Assembly (NCBI GenBank): GCA_964585425.1
Contig: CAZPDI010000003.1
Location: forward strand, 1-44,317
DNA: 44,317 nt
Origin: an uncultured Candidatus Saccharibacteria bacterium
GTDB taxonomy: Bacteria > Patescibacteriota > Saccharimonadia > UBA4664 > CAYXHD01
Direction of reading: 5' to 3'
This document shows, piece after piece, positions 1 through 7,973 of this stretch. Each line of letters opens with the position of its first letter. Position 1 is the first letter of the stretch. Both the position numbers and the translations under genes were made by a program. The notes under the pieces were generated by a model. That model made no database searches, was not told where the DNA came from, and was given only the letters and a program-made list of their open reading frames with translations.

Positions 1-666
1 ACTCACTACGTTATTGGATCATGTTTAGGTCCAGATCCATATCCACGCATGAACCGCGACTTTCAGTCAGTCATTGGTAAAGAAATTCATGAGCAGTTGA
101 ATGCACTACCTGATTACGTTGTTGCTTGTGTGGGCGGTGGTAGTAATGCACTGGGTGCGTTTACAAAATTCATTGAGCATCCCACCGTCAAGCTGATTGG
201 AGTAGAGGCGGGTGGCATAAGTAACAAGCTGGGTGATCACGCCACGCGCTTCCCGGATGCAAAAATTGGCATTATCGATGGATACAAATCATATTTTTTA
301 CAAGATGATGATGGTAATACATCAGAGACACATAGTATAGCAGCTGGCTTAGACTACATTGGTATTGGTCCAGAGCTCGCCGAACTGCACGATAGTGGTC
401 GTGTAGAATTTACGAGTATCACTGATGATGAGGCGTTGGATGCCGTTAAAAGGTTAACATTAAATGAGGGAATAATTCCGGCACTGGAATCAGCTCATGC
501 CGTAGCTCATGCAATCCGGCTGGCCCCCACCCTATCTCCAAATAAAGTCTTAGTGGTTAACGTATCGGGTAGGGGAGATAAAGATCTATTTACATTGGCA
601 CGACACTTTGATGCCAATAAATTTAAGCAATTCCTTAGCCAAGAGGAGGCTCGCTATGAGCAATAA
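1..666 (+). CDS. trpB: tryptophan synthase beta chain, 5'-truncated by window edge
   Basis: Frame 1 is open from nt 1 (THYVIGSCLGPDPYPRMNRDFQSVIG...). It shows the typical TrpB C-terminal half (GGGSNA, GVEAGG, SIAAGLDYIGIGPE, SGRGDKD). The stop TAA at 664-666 overlaps the trpA start. Confidence 0.9.
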   Translation, partial: THYVIGSCLGPDPYPRMNRDFQSVIGKEIHEQLNALPDYVVACVGGGSNALGAFTKFIEHPTVKLIGVEAGGISNKLGDHATRFPDAKIGIIDGYKSYFLQDDDGNTSETHSIAAGLDYIGIGPELAELHDSGRVEFTSITDDEALDAVKRLTLNEGIIPALESAHAVAHAIRLAPTLSPNKVLVVNVSGRGDKDLFTLARHFDANKFKQFLSQEEARYEQ

Positions 667-1396
667 GATAATGACGCATGTAGTTGCTGGCTACCCAGCA
701 GAGGATAGATGCGTAGAACTTATGCTTGGTATGCAAAAAGCTGGTGTTGCTATGATCGAAATCCAAATCCCTTTCTCCGATCCGAGTGCCGATGGTCCAG
801 TTATCATGAGGGCTAACGACATCGCGCTAGAGAATGGTATGAGCATTCAAGGTTGCTTTGATATGATCAGCAATGCTCGCGAGCATGGTCTAAACGTACC
901 AGTCTATGTCATGACCTATGCCAATAAAGTAGTGAGCTTTGGTGCCCGAGAGTTTTGCAAACAAGCGCAAAAACACACTATTGCTGGGTTAATCATTCCT
1001 GACCTTCCTTTCGAAACAACTGACTATATAGAGTTGAGCGCACAGTGCACTCAACTTGGGGTTGATCTAGTGCCGGTCATTTCTCCAGGTATATTGCAAA
1101 ATAGATTGCGTGGCTATGATCTGAGTATTCATAAGTTGGTCTATGTCACCAGTACCCAAGGGATTACTGGCAAAGAGCTCAATATTAAGACTGATCTCCA
1201 AGACCTCATCAAGAACATTCGAACTACAACTGAAGCGCAAATAGCCCTCGGTTTTGGTGTACGAATGCAGGCTGATGTCGAGCAGGCATTACAAATAGCT
1301 GATGTGGCAGTGGTAGGGAGCGCTGTAATCGAAAAAGTCGATCAACTAGGTGTAGATGGTGCCCTACAATTTATTCAGAGTATAATTGAACAGTGA
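656..1396 (+). CDS. trpA: tryptophan synthase alpha chain
   Basis: ATG at 656 is preceded by AGGAGG (644-649) and overlaps the trpB stop (ATGAGCAATAA). TIM-barrel TrpA-like sequence (IEIQIPFSDPSADGPVI, GFGV). The track start at 608 lies inside trpB and lacks an RBS. Confidence 0.85.
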   Translation: MSNKIMTHVVAGYPAEDRCVELMLGMQKAGVAMIEIQIPFSDPSADGPVIMRANDIALENGMSIQGCFDMISNAREHGLNVPVYVMTYANKVVSFGAREFCKQAQKHTIAGLIIPDLPFETTDYIELSAQCTQLGVDLVPVISPGILQNRLRGYDLSIHKLVYVTSTQGITGKELNIKTDLQDLIKNIRTTTEAQIALGFGVRMQADVEQALQIADVAVVGSAVIEKVDQLGVDGALQFIQSIIEQ

Positions 1397-2295
1397 AGAT
1401 ACCAAAACTAAACAGCGGTTATATATACGGATTACTGGCTTCAGCAACATTTGCAGTATATCTCTTGATCAACCGCTACATCTACTTGAATTATCATGTT
1501 GATGGGCTGAAATACACCATTACCTTTGCAGTGGCAGGTGGCGTCTTCGCTCTATTTAGCGCACTTCATAACAACATTAAGGGTGATACAAAAATCCCAT
1601 TTAACAAGTCATTACTGCCGGTAATATTCAATGGAATCCTTGCCGGGATTGCCCTCGGTGTATTTGTGTTTGGGCAAAGCTACACCTCGGCAGCAAATGC
1701 TAGTATCCTTGCAACGACAACCATGGCAACAACGGCAGCCTTCTCGTGGTTTCTAATAAAAGGAGATAGATTTCATAGGCGACAACTTGCCTGGTTTGGT
1801 TGTATGTTTGTCGGCCTTTATCTCGCAATTGTAGGGCTTCATACACTTTCTATCAGCAAGGGTGATCTTATCATTCTGGCCTCATGCATCTTGCTCGGCT
1901 TTGTAAACGTTAACTCAAAACTACTCATGAGAAATCATAGCAGTAAAGTAGTTACTGATGTACGTCTTATTAGCGGAGCACTATTCCTGGCAATTGTAGG
2001 GATGGCTCTTTATGGCACAGGTTTCTTGATTACAAATTCCGGACTATTGCCGCTATTAGCTGGATTCTTCTTTTGGCTAACGATTCGTTTCTTCTATGCT
2101 GCCGTAGATCATATTAATCCAAGTCGAGCGATCATCCTTGCTAACATGCACTCGGCAGTTACGCCTATTATTGGTGCGTTGCTGTTGGCTGAGCCTTACG
2201 GCCCACTGAAGTTTGTGGGGGCAGTATTAATCATTATTAGCGTCATTAATATAAACAGCAAAAATCAGTCAAAGAATAAACTTCGGACTACTTAA
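1393..2295 (+). CDS. EamA/DMT-superfamily transporter (about 10 TM helices)
   Basis: GTG start overlaps the trpA stop (GTGA). The 300-aa protein is very hydrophobic, with two-fold repeat-like organisation typical of EamA-domain permeases. Confidence 0.7.
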   Translation: MKIPKLNSGYIYGLLASATFAVYLLINRYIYLNYHVDGLKYTITFAVAGGVFALFSALHNNIKGDTKIPFNKSLLPVIFNGILAGIALGVFVFGQSYTSAANASILATTTMATTAAFSWFLIKGDRFHRRQLAWFGCMFVGLYLAIVGLHTLSISKGDLIILASCILLGFVNVNSKLLMRNHSSKVVTDVRLISGALFLAIVGMALYGTGFLITNSGLLPLLAGFFFWLTIRFFYAAVDHINPSRAIILANMHSAVTPIIGALLLAEPYGPLKFVGAVLIIISVININSKNQSKNKLRTT

Positions 2296-2367
2296 AACAG
2301 TCTGCATATCCGTTAGCATCTTCTCTTCGGTTCGAAACAAGACAACTAGCTGGAGCCAGAGAGCTCA
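2279..2367 (+). repeat. U repeat, full copy A (89 nt); includes the last 17 nt of the EamA CDS
   Basis: Hand alignment to 3551..3639 gives 72/89 identical positions, ungapped (AACTTCGG...AAAAYAGTCTGCATATC...CTTCGGTTCGAAACA...TAGCYGGA...GAGAGCTCA). Confidence 0.85.
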
Positions 2368-2370
2368 ATT

Positions 2371-3405
2371 TTATAACTTCTCGACCCTGTCGAGCATAAA
2401 CTTAACACCAGTATTAGTATTGATTGCTATAATTTCAATCTCAGGATGCCTAGAGTGGAAAACACGAAAGATTTCATCGGCAAAGGCCTGGCCCACCGTT
2501 GGTACCTTGTCAAAGTCTAAGATAATTCGTTTGAACTTGGTAAAATTAGTTAACACACGACGCGCCTGGGATCGCGATACATAAATGGTACCCATAGTGT
2601 AGAGGCGCACAAGCACCTCAGTTTTATCAAAAGCCGGTTCTTCCGGGTCAATTTGATAGTCACGGAATATATCACTCAAATGCAGCTTAGATTTGGTATT
2701 GATGATAAAGGTTACCTTTGTGCCCCTAACTTCTGACTTTACTTCTTCTACAAAGATATCTGGAAGTGTATTGTCGATCCGTAAACGATAGTTATAGCTT
2801 TCTAGTATAAACAAGTTACCTGCCTTTGACGTAAAGAAAATACCTTCACCGGAGTGTGCCTTTGGAGCCGTAGTTGTTTTGCCTTTTAAGAGGTCTTGTA
2901 TCGCCTCAATTTCTGATGCTAGGCCACGTTTATTCATAATGCTTCTAAATACACCAATACCCGAATCCTTCACAATAAAGGCCAGGTTATCTTTTTCTTG
3001 TTTTATCTCTACTTCAATATTCTTGCTCTCAGAGTGTTCTATGGCGTTATTAAGCATTTCAGAAAATGCATAAGCTAAAATACTCTGAACATTTTCTCGG
3101 AGGCTACTGATAAAACCCTTTTCTCTACGTAGGCTATCGAATACCTCGTATTCTTCCAGGTTAGTATTGCTGAGTCGTTTTTTTATGCGCTTTCCTAGCG
3201 TGTCTGCATATCGTGGCAGGGCATAGACCGACCACCGGCCAGAACTTTCTCTTACTAGTACGCCCCGTTCAACCATAGAGTTGATCACCGTGCTGGCGTA
3301 CGAGCGAGTTACGTCATTATTGAGCGCCTCTAGCACATCAGAGGTTTTGAAATGATGTTTCTTATGAGCTACTTCTAGGATGGTATCTTTTATGGTTGAG
3401 GACAT
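2371..3405 (-). CDS. fusion regulator: N-terminal winged-HTH, GHKL (SpoIIAB/RsbW-like) ATPase, C-terminal STAS-like (DUF4325-like) domain
   Basis: RBS AGGAGAAAG lies upstream. N-box EMLNNAIEHS, G1 box KDSGIGV, G2 box SGEGIFF. The C-terminal part (FDKVPTVGQAFADEIFRVF) resembles the DUF4325/STAS-like family, recalled from memory. Confidence 0.6.
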   Translation of the reverse strand: MSSTIKDTILEVAHKKHHFKTSDVLEALNNDVTRSYASTVINSMVERGVLVRESSGRWSVYALPRYADTLGKRIKKRLSNTNLEEYEVFDSLRREKGFISSLRENVQSILAYAFSEMLNNAIEHSESKNIEVEIKQEKDNLAFIVKDSGIGVFRSIMNKRGLASEIEAIQDLLKGKTTTAPKAHSGEGIFFTSKAGNLFILESYNYRLRIDNTLPDIFVEEVKSEVRGTKVTFIINTKSKLHLSDIFRDYQIDPEEPAFDKTEVLVRLYTMGTIYVSRSQARRVLTNFTKFKRIILDFDKVPTVGQAFADEIFRVFHSRHPEIEIIAINTNTGVKFMLDRVEKL

Positions 3406-3440
3406 GACTTTCTCCTATACACATAGTATCAAAAGAGGTT

Positions 3441-3544
3441 TTCTATGTCAACTAGATAATTTTCTATGTCAACTACTATGTTGACCATAAGCGCTCTGGT
3501 TCTATGTCACAGAACTATTTATCTACGTTTGATTCTATGTTGAG
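3441..3544. promoter_or_regulatory. cluster of four TTCTATGT(C/T) direct repeats plus a GTCAAC-N6-GTTGAC palindrome (operator or iteron-like)
   Basis: TTCTATGTCAAC occurs at 3441..3452 and 3462..3473, TTCTATGTCAC at 3500..3510, and TTCTATGTTGAG at 3533..3544. The palindrome spans 3468..3485. The cluster lies immediately upstream of the wHTH regulator gene. Confidence 0.6.
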
Positions 3545-3550
3545 TTATGC

Positions 3551-3639
3551 AACTTCGGCCCACTCAAAATAGTCTGCATATCTGTCAACATCTTTTCTTC
3601 GGTTCGAAACACGCACCTTAGCCGGACCGAGAGAGCTCA
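3551..3639 (+). repeat. U repeat, full copy B (89 nt)
   Basis: Direct repeat of 2279..2367 (see that feature). Confidence 0.85.
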
Positions 3640-3725
3640 GTGCGACATTCTTGCATTATTAGTTACTTGATGTGAATCTTCATATGCTGCATACTATAGC
3701 CATATAGATAAAACGAGGGGCTATT

Positions 3726-4334
3726 ATGGTTAACGGCGGGGATTCGGAATTACAAGTACCAAGACAAACAGACAACGAAGGCTCTGAAGGTTTTGCGGGT
3801 AAAGACTTGGCAGATAGCTTGGCTCGACAAGGCGATATAAACGAACAAGGTGAATCTTCTGCGGAGCAGCAGCACTTTAACGAGACACTTGCCGCTTTTG
3901 AACAAGCTTTGCCTGATGCTATTGAACGTGTGCTACCAACCATGCAGGGCCGTACAAAACTAGCCAAAGCCAGGCAAATGCCCCTGGTTAAGGAACGCTC
4001 GGGCGTACAAAAATTAGTACTTAGACGGGATCCTAAGAGGGGCCCAGGTGTTATGGTGAGTGACGCATCAGAAGAATACACATATGGTACCGAAAGTAAG
4101 GACTGGCAGTACACAAACCATAAGTACGTTAGTAATAGTGCCGACAGCTGGTCGCTCCGTACGGTTACCAAGACGGGCGATATAATCACTATGGAAGAAA
4201 CCGAGAGTAGGCCATACCGACCTGGCCCAGAACCAACGCAGCAGATTGATTCGAGTACGCCAGAAGGTAGAGAAAAGATAGAATCATGGCTGCGTACATC
4301 CACGCAACAACTACAAGATTTATTGAGCGAATAG
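3726..4334 (+). CDS. hypothetical acidic cytoplasmic protein (202 aa)
   Basis: ATG is preceded by ACGAGGGG. The composition is hydrophilic and protein-like. The overlapping minus-strand ORF (3680..4303) is Ser/Cys/Leu-rich, typical of an antisense artefact. Confidence 0.6.
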   Translation: MVNGGDSELQVPRQTDNEGSEGFAGKDLADSLARQGDINEQGESSAEQQHFNETLAAFEQALPDAIERVLPTMQGRTKLAKARQMPLVKERSGVQKLVLRRDPKRGPGVMVSDASEEYTYGTESKDWQYTNHKYVSNSADSWSLRTVTKTGDIITMEETESRPYRPGPEPTQQIDSSTPEGREKIESWLRTSTQQLQDLLSE

Positions 4335-4367
4335 CCTAAACAGTTTTCATGCTGCTATACTAAACCT

Positions 4368-4745
4368 ATGAAGAAAAAAACGAGTATTCGGCTAGCCATT
4401 ATTGCGGGGATTGTCCTTGTGGCGCTCGGGGGTCTCTTTTACTTCCAGAGCGCAAAAAGAAGCAGCAATACTTTTACCGGCACCGTAACGAGTAGCAAAG
4501 ATTGCTCAGCCAACATCGGCGCTTCCTCGTGCACATGGCAGGTGCAGGTTAACGATACGGATACAAGAACCGTATATTGGAGCCAAACCGTGGGTGCTGA
4601 CAGTAGTGCAACCGGCGGCCCCAGTGGCTTTGAATTTACCGACGATATTACCGGGAAGCAAGTCGAGGTATATGGCGAAAAAACGGGCGATAACAGCTAT
4701 TCGGTGAGTCAAAAAGGTTATTACATTAAACTGACAGAAAATTAG
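4368..4745 (+). CDS. hypothetical membrane-anchored/secreted small protein
   Basis: N-terminal MKKKTSIRLAIIAGIVLVALGGLF signal/anchor. TGCTATACT box lies 6 nt upstream of the ATG. Confidence 0.65.
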   Translation: MKKKTSIRLAIIAGIVLVALGGLFYFQSAKRSSNTFTGTVTSSKDCSANIGASSCTWQVQVNDTDTRTVYWSQTVGADSSATGGPSGFEFTDDITGKQVEVYGEKTGDNSYSVSQKGYYIKLTEN

Positions 4746-4761
4746 TAAGGAGAAGATACGT

Positions 4762-4953
4762 ATGGCAAAGCATACCAAAACCGCAGTAGATAATGGACCA
4801 ATCGGGTTTGTGCTGTTTACCGCCTGGATAGGTGCCGTGATTTACTTTGTTGGTAAAGCCGATGGTTTTTGGAACGTCATCGTCGCCTTTTTGCAGGCCT
4901 GTGTCTGGCCTGCGTATGTGCTGTATCATGTTCTGCTGGTGTTGAAGGTATAG
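4762..4953 (+). CDS. hypothetical small membrane protein (2 TM)
   Basis: AAGGAGAAG RBS at 4747-4755. Two hydrophobic helices. Confidence 0.55.
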   Translation: MAKHTKTAVDNGPIGFVLFTAWIGAVIYFVGKADGFWNVIVAFLQACVWPAYVLYHVLLVLKV

Positions 4954-5000
4954 TCGTAGTCCATCCTAACTGGTAGAATACAGACATTTTTATAAAACGG

Positions 5001-6518
5001 GTGGTAGCCAAGTTAGCCCTTTCGCTAGCGATAATTATCGTGCTGTTTGGCATCACTTTATCTGCCCAGGCTGCGGGTGAGTCGTTGACTGGGGCTGCTA
5101 GTTACAGCGGTAGTCGGGATGATGCCATCCCTATTAATAACTTGCAGGTCGGCGGCACTGGTAATGACACCGTCACTATAAACCTTTTTGTACCGAGCGG
5201 CACCTTGGCGATGGGGACGACTACCGGTATTACGTTCTCTCGTGATCATACCGGTAAAAATTTACATTTTAGCGGTACGCGCTCCGACGTTAATGCCGCG
5301 CTAGCAACCCTCACGTTTAAACCGGGCAAGACGGCTGACGTACAGCTACAGGTAACCATCGATGGTTTGCCGAACGCCCTGTATGATCCGAGCACGCATC
5401 ACGTATATCAGTTCGTAGACCTTCAGGTTAACTGGAACGAAGCCAAGACTCGTGCCGAATCAGGTACTTTTCAGGATGTGCCCGGGTACCTCACGACCAT
5501 TACCAGCTCACAGGAGGCAAATGTAGTGGCCGGCTTAGGTGTGGGCGGCTGGCTGGGTGGAAGTGACAGTGCTGTAGAAGGCGAGTGGAACTGGGTAGGT
5601 GGCCCCGACGCTGGTACCAATTTTTGGAATGGTGGCGTAGAGGGTACGGCTCCAGATGGAGCTTATACCAACTGGGTCGAAGGCATGCCCGACAATTACA
5701 CCGGATCCAATGAAGCGGGTGAGAATTGTCTACAAATGTACGACGTAGCCGGAGCAATCTCTTTTAAATGGAACGATCAGAACTGTGATAGTGGTGAGGC
5801 GAGTCGCTATATTATTGAATATGGTGGTGATACGACGCCAAGCTTAACCTACAAGAATATTAATATACACGTGACGCCGGGTCGCGATTTAAATAATGAC
5901 GGTACCGAAGATGCCGATCAGCCCAGGGTGGCCAACGTGCAGACTGCTCAGGGCAAGTGGGTGGGCATTGAGCTTAATTATGACTGTGACATTACCTTGG
6001 CTGAGGCCATAGACGAATCGAGCCTTGATGCTCAAGATGCCAATTATGATTATCCGGGTGGCTTGGTGGATTTTGCGGCCGAATGTGGCTACAGCTATAT
6101 GAACACCCAGGTAAAATTGTACTTTTATGATGAGCAGTCGAGCGATATACTGCTGCGCAAGTACAATCCAAATACCCGGCAGTATGCCGATATGACCAGT
6201 TTTATTGCTGCTACCAGTGATCTTACAATTGATGGTCATAATGTCGCGATTTTAACGTATCAAATCACCAGCGAAAACGGGTTAGACGTGGACCCCAATC
6301 CTGATGACAACATCATTGCTGATCCGCTTGGGATTGCCGTGGCGGCCAGTCCGCAGAGCGAAGGCCAAGACGACCAAGGTGCCGGTCAATCATCGCCGAC
6401 TACTACCGCGAGCGGTTTGGCGAGTACGGGTCAAAGCCAAAACCAGCTGGTGGTACTTGCCCTTATGATGCTTGGTGGCGCCAGCATTGCTATTACGAGG
6501 CTCACTGCAAAAAAATAA
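5001..6518 (+). CDS. secreted surface protein with canonical C-type lectin domain and LAxTG (LASTG) cell-wall sorting signal
   Basis: GTG start followed by a signal peptide (...LSAQA/AG). CTLD motifs: GWLGGSD, EGEWNWVGGPD, MPDN, ENCLQM, KWNDQNCD. The C-terminus has LASTG, then a hydrophobic stretch, then RLTAKK. Confidence 0.75.
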   Translation: MVAKLALSLAIIIVLFGITLSAQAAGESLTGAASYSGSRDDAIPINNLQVGGTGNDTVTINLFVPSGTLAMGTTTGITFSRDHTGKNLHFSGTRSDVNAALATLTFKPGKTADVQLQVTIDGLPNALYDPSTHHVYQFVDLQVNWNEAKTRAESGTFQDVPGYLTTITSSQEANVVAGLGVGGWLGGSDSAVEGEWNWVGGPDAGTNFWNGGVEGTAPDGAYTNWVEGMPDNYTGSNEAGENCLQMYDVAGAISFKWNDQNCDSGEASRYIIEYGGDTTPSLTYKNINIHVTPGRDLNNDGTEDADQPRVANVQTAQGKWVGIELNYDCDITLAEAIDESSLDAQDANYDYPGGLVDFAAECGYSYMNTQVKLYFYDEQSSDILLRKYNPNTRQYADMTSFIAATSDLTIDGHNVAILTYQITSENGLDVDPNPDDNIIADPLGIAVAASPQSEGQDDQGAGQSSPTTTASGLASTGQSQNQLVVLALMMLGGASIAITRLTAKK

Positions 6519-6542
6519 GAAACGTGCTAGTCTACTTCTGGT

Positions 6543-7073
6543 ATGCATGAATTATTCCAGTCATTCGACACTACGGTTGCTCGTCAGATAGCTAAGCTAC
6601 CGGCTTGGTCGATGCCATTCTTTGCGGTTATTACGTATGCGGGCATTCCAGCTGTAGTGGTGACGGCCTCGCTGGTGCTGAGCATATTGTTGTATGCCCA
6701 AGGTAAAAAGAATGTTTCGGCAGCTTTTGTGCTGGTAGTTGCGGCACTTGGTGCCAATAGCGTGGTCAAGCATCTTATTCATCGGGAGCGACCAGACACC
6801 ATGTATGTGCAGTCCATGGCCATTAGAAGTTATAGCTTTCCTAGCGGCCATGCCTTTGGCAGTATGGTGTTTTATGGCCTGATTGCTTACTTGTGTTATC
6901 GTCATCTGCCGCAGCCATTTGGCGCTCTTGTTCCAGTGTGTTTAGCGATTCTGATTCTTTTGATTGGCCTGTCGCGAGTCTTTTTGGGCGCCCATTTTCC
7001 GTCTGATGTTGTTGTTGGCTGGTTGCTCGGCGGTGTTGCGCTGGCGATCATTATTAAGATCTGTGGCCTGTGA
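6543..7073 (+). CDS. PAP2-family phosphatase (undecaprenyl-diphosphatase/phosphatidate phosphatase-like)
   Basis: The three PAP2 motifs are present: KHLIHRERP, PSGH, SRVFLGAHFPSD. The protein is polytopic. Confidence 0.8.
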   Translation: MHELFQSFDTTVARQIAKLPAWSMPFFAVITYAGIPAVVVTASLVLSILLYAQGKKNVSAAFVLVVAALGANSVVKHLIHRERPDTMYVQSMAIRSYSFPSGHAFGSMVFYGLIAYLCYRHLPQPFGALVPVCLAILILLIGLSRVFLGAHFPSDVVVGWLLGGVALAIIIKICGL

Positions 7074-7939
7074 TGCGCCGCCTAGCCATTGTTCTTAATC
7101 CAAATTCCGGAAGCAGCGAGACATCTGAGCAAGAAATTACCAAGTTATTTAGCATTAAGCGTTTTGAGTTAAAGTTTTTTGATATCACCAAGGGATTGCC
7201 GGTGCTCAAAAAATCCATCAATGCCTACAAAGCCGAAGCAGTGATAGCGGTTGGTGGCGATGGTACCGTTAATGCCGTGGCTACTATTGCTACTCAGCTT
7301 GATTTGCCAATGGGAGTGATTGCTTCGGGCACGCTCAATCATTTTGCCAAGGATATGAATCTGCCGCTCGATCCATCTCAGGCTGCTAAGGTTATTACGC
7401 AGGGCAAGCTAGTGGATATCGATTATGCCACGGTTAACGATCGAGTGTTTGTAAACAACAGCAGTCTTGGTGCCTACCCCGAAGTTGTAATAAAGCGCGA
7501 CAAGCTGTCGATTCTTAATAGTAAGTGGCTTTCGGCCATAGTTGCAGCTTTACAGACCCTGCGCCAACATCGCAAACAACCTTTTGAAGTAGTTATTGAT
7601 GGGAAATCGCGCAAGGTTCGAGCTGGGAGTATATTTGTTGGTAATAATCGTTATACGTTAAAGGGCACAGATTTAAGCTCCCGCCGTAAATTGGATGCTA
7701 GCCTGCTGCAACTTGTGGTAGTTAGGACCGGTCGTTTACGCCATCTGCTCGGTATTATGCTTAGTTTTGCAGTGAAAAAATCTCACGAAAAAGTCACCAT
7801 AACGACTGCTCAGCATATCCAAATTAGATCTACTTGCCAGCGCTATAACGTGGCGATTGATGGGGAAGTGATAGATTTGAAGATGCCTTTAGACTATAAA
7901 ATCCACGCCAAGGCTCTGCGTGTTTTTGGCAAAGAGTAG
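7070..7939 (+). CDS. diacylglycerol-kinase-family lipid kinase (YegS/BmrU-like)
   Basis: ATGA overlap with the PAP2 gene. GGDGTVN nucleotide-binding motif and overall DAGK_cat layout. Confidence 0.8.
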   Translation: MMRRLAIVLNPNSGSSETSEQEITKLFSIKRFELKFFDITKGLPVLKKSINAYKAEAVIAVGGDGTVNAVATIATQLDLPMGVIASGTLNHFAKDMNLPLDPSQAAKVITQGKLVDIDYATVNDRVFVNNSSLGAYPEVVIKRDKLSILNSKWLSAIVAALQTLRQHRKQPFEVVIDGKSRKVRAGSIFVGNNRYTLKGTDLSSRRKLDASLLQLVVVRTGRLRHLLGIMLSFAVKKSHEKVTITTAQHIQIRSTCQRYNVAIDGEVIDLKMPLDYKIHAKALRVFGKE

Positions 7940-7958
7940 ACACTTTTTATAACCCTTA

Positions 7959-7967
7959 TGCTATAGT
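7959..7967 (+). promoter_or_regulatory. extended -10 box (TGCTATAGT) 6 nt upstream of the heliorhodopsin ATG (leaderless-type promoter)
   Basis: TATAGT at 7962..7967, spacer aacagt, ATG at 7974. No SD sequence. Confidence 0.55.
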
Positions 7968-7973
7968 AACAGT

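Larger units (their letters stand above)
2279..3639. mobile_element. putative single-gene cassette bracketed by direct U repeats (no recombinase inside)
   Basis: The layout is U copy A, then one reverse-oriented regulator gene with its own repeat-rich upstream region, then U copy B. The same U-gene-U layout recurs at 35104..35758. Confidence 0.35.

Noticed and set aside
608-655. Longer N-terminus for trpA (track start 608) and similar upstream extensions at 8686, 32084, 35181, 39581 and 41181
   Set aside because: These extensions overlap the preceding gene or lack a ribosome-binding or promoter signal. In each case an internal start has an SD, a stop-start overlap, or yields a proper signal peptide.
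2294-2367. U element as a hammerhead-type ribozyme (GTC ... CGAAAC) or as a tRNA/tmRNA 3' fragment (GGTTCGAAAC resembles a T-loop)
   Set aside because: No CUGAnGA core with a stem II exists between the GTC and CGAAAC on either strand. The bases flanking GGTTCGAAAC do not form a T-stem. The distance to the GCCA is too long for an acceptor end. The putative stems are not conserved between copies A and B.
3441-3544. Possible CRISPR array, suggested by the repeated TTCTATGT units
   Set aside because: The repeats are only 11-12 nt long. Their spacing is irregular (21, 38 and 33 nt start-to-start), and no cas genes are present. This fits operator or iteron sites rather than a CRISPR array.
3680-4303. 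207-aa minus-strand ORF
   Set aside because: Its Ser/Cys/Leu-rich composition is typical of an antisense shadow of the plus-strand gene 3726..4334, which has an RBS and a protein-like composition.
5001-6518. Diversity-generating retroelement (DGR) target, since DGR variable proteins use C-type lectin folds
   Set aside because: The window contains no reverse transcriptase, no template-repeat copy of the CTLD C-terminus, and no adenine-specific mismatch pattern between repeats.
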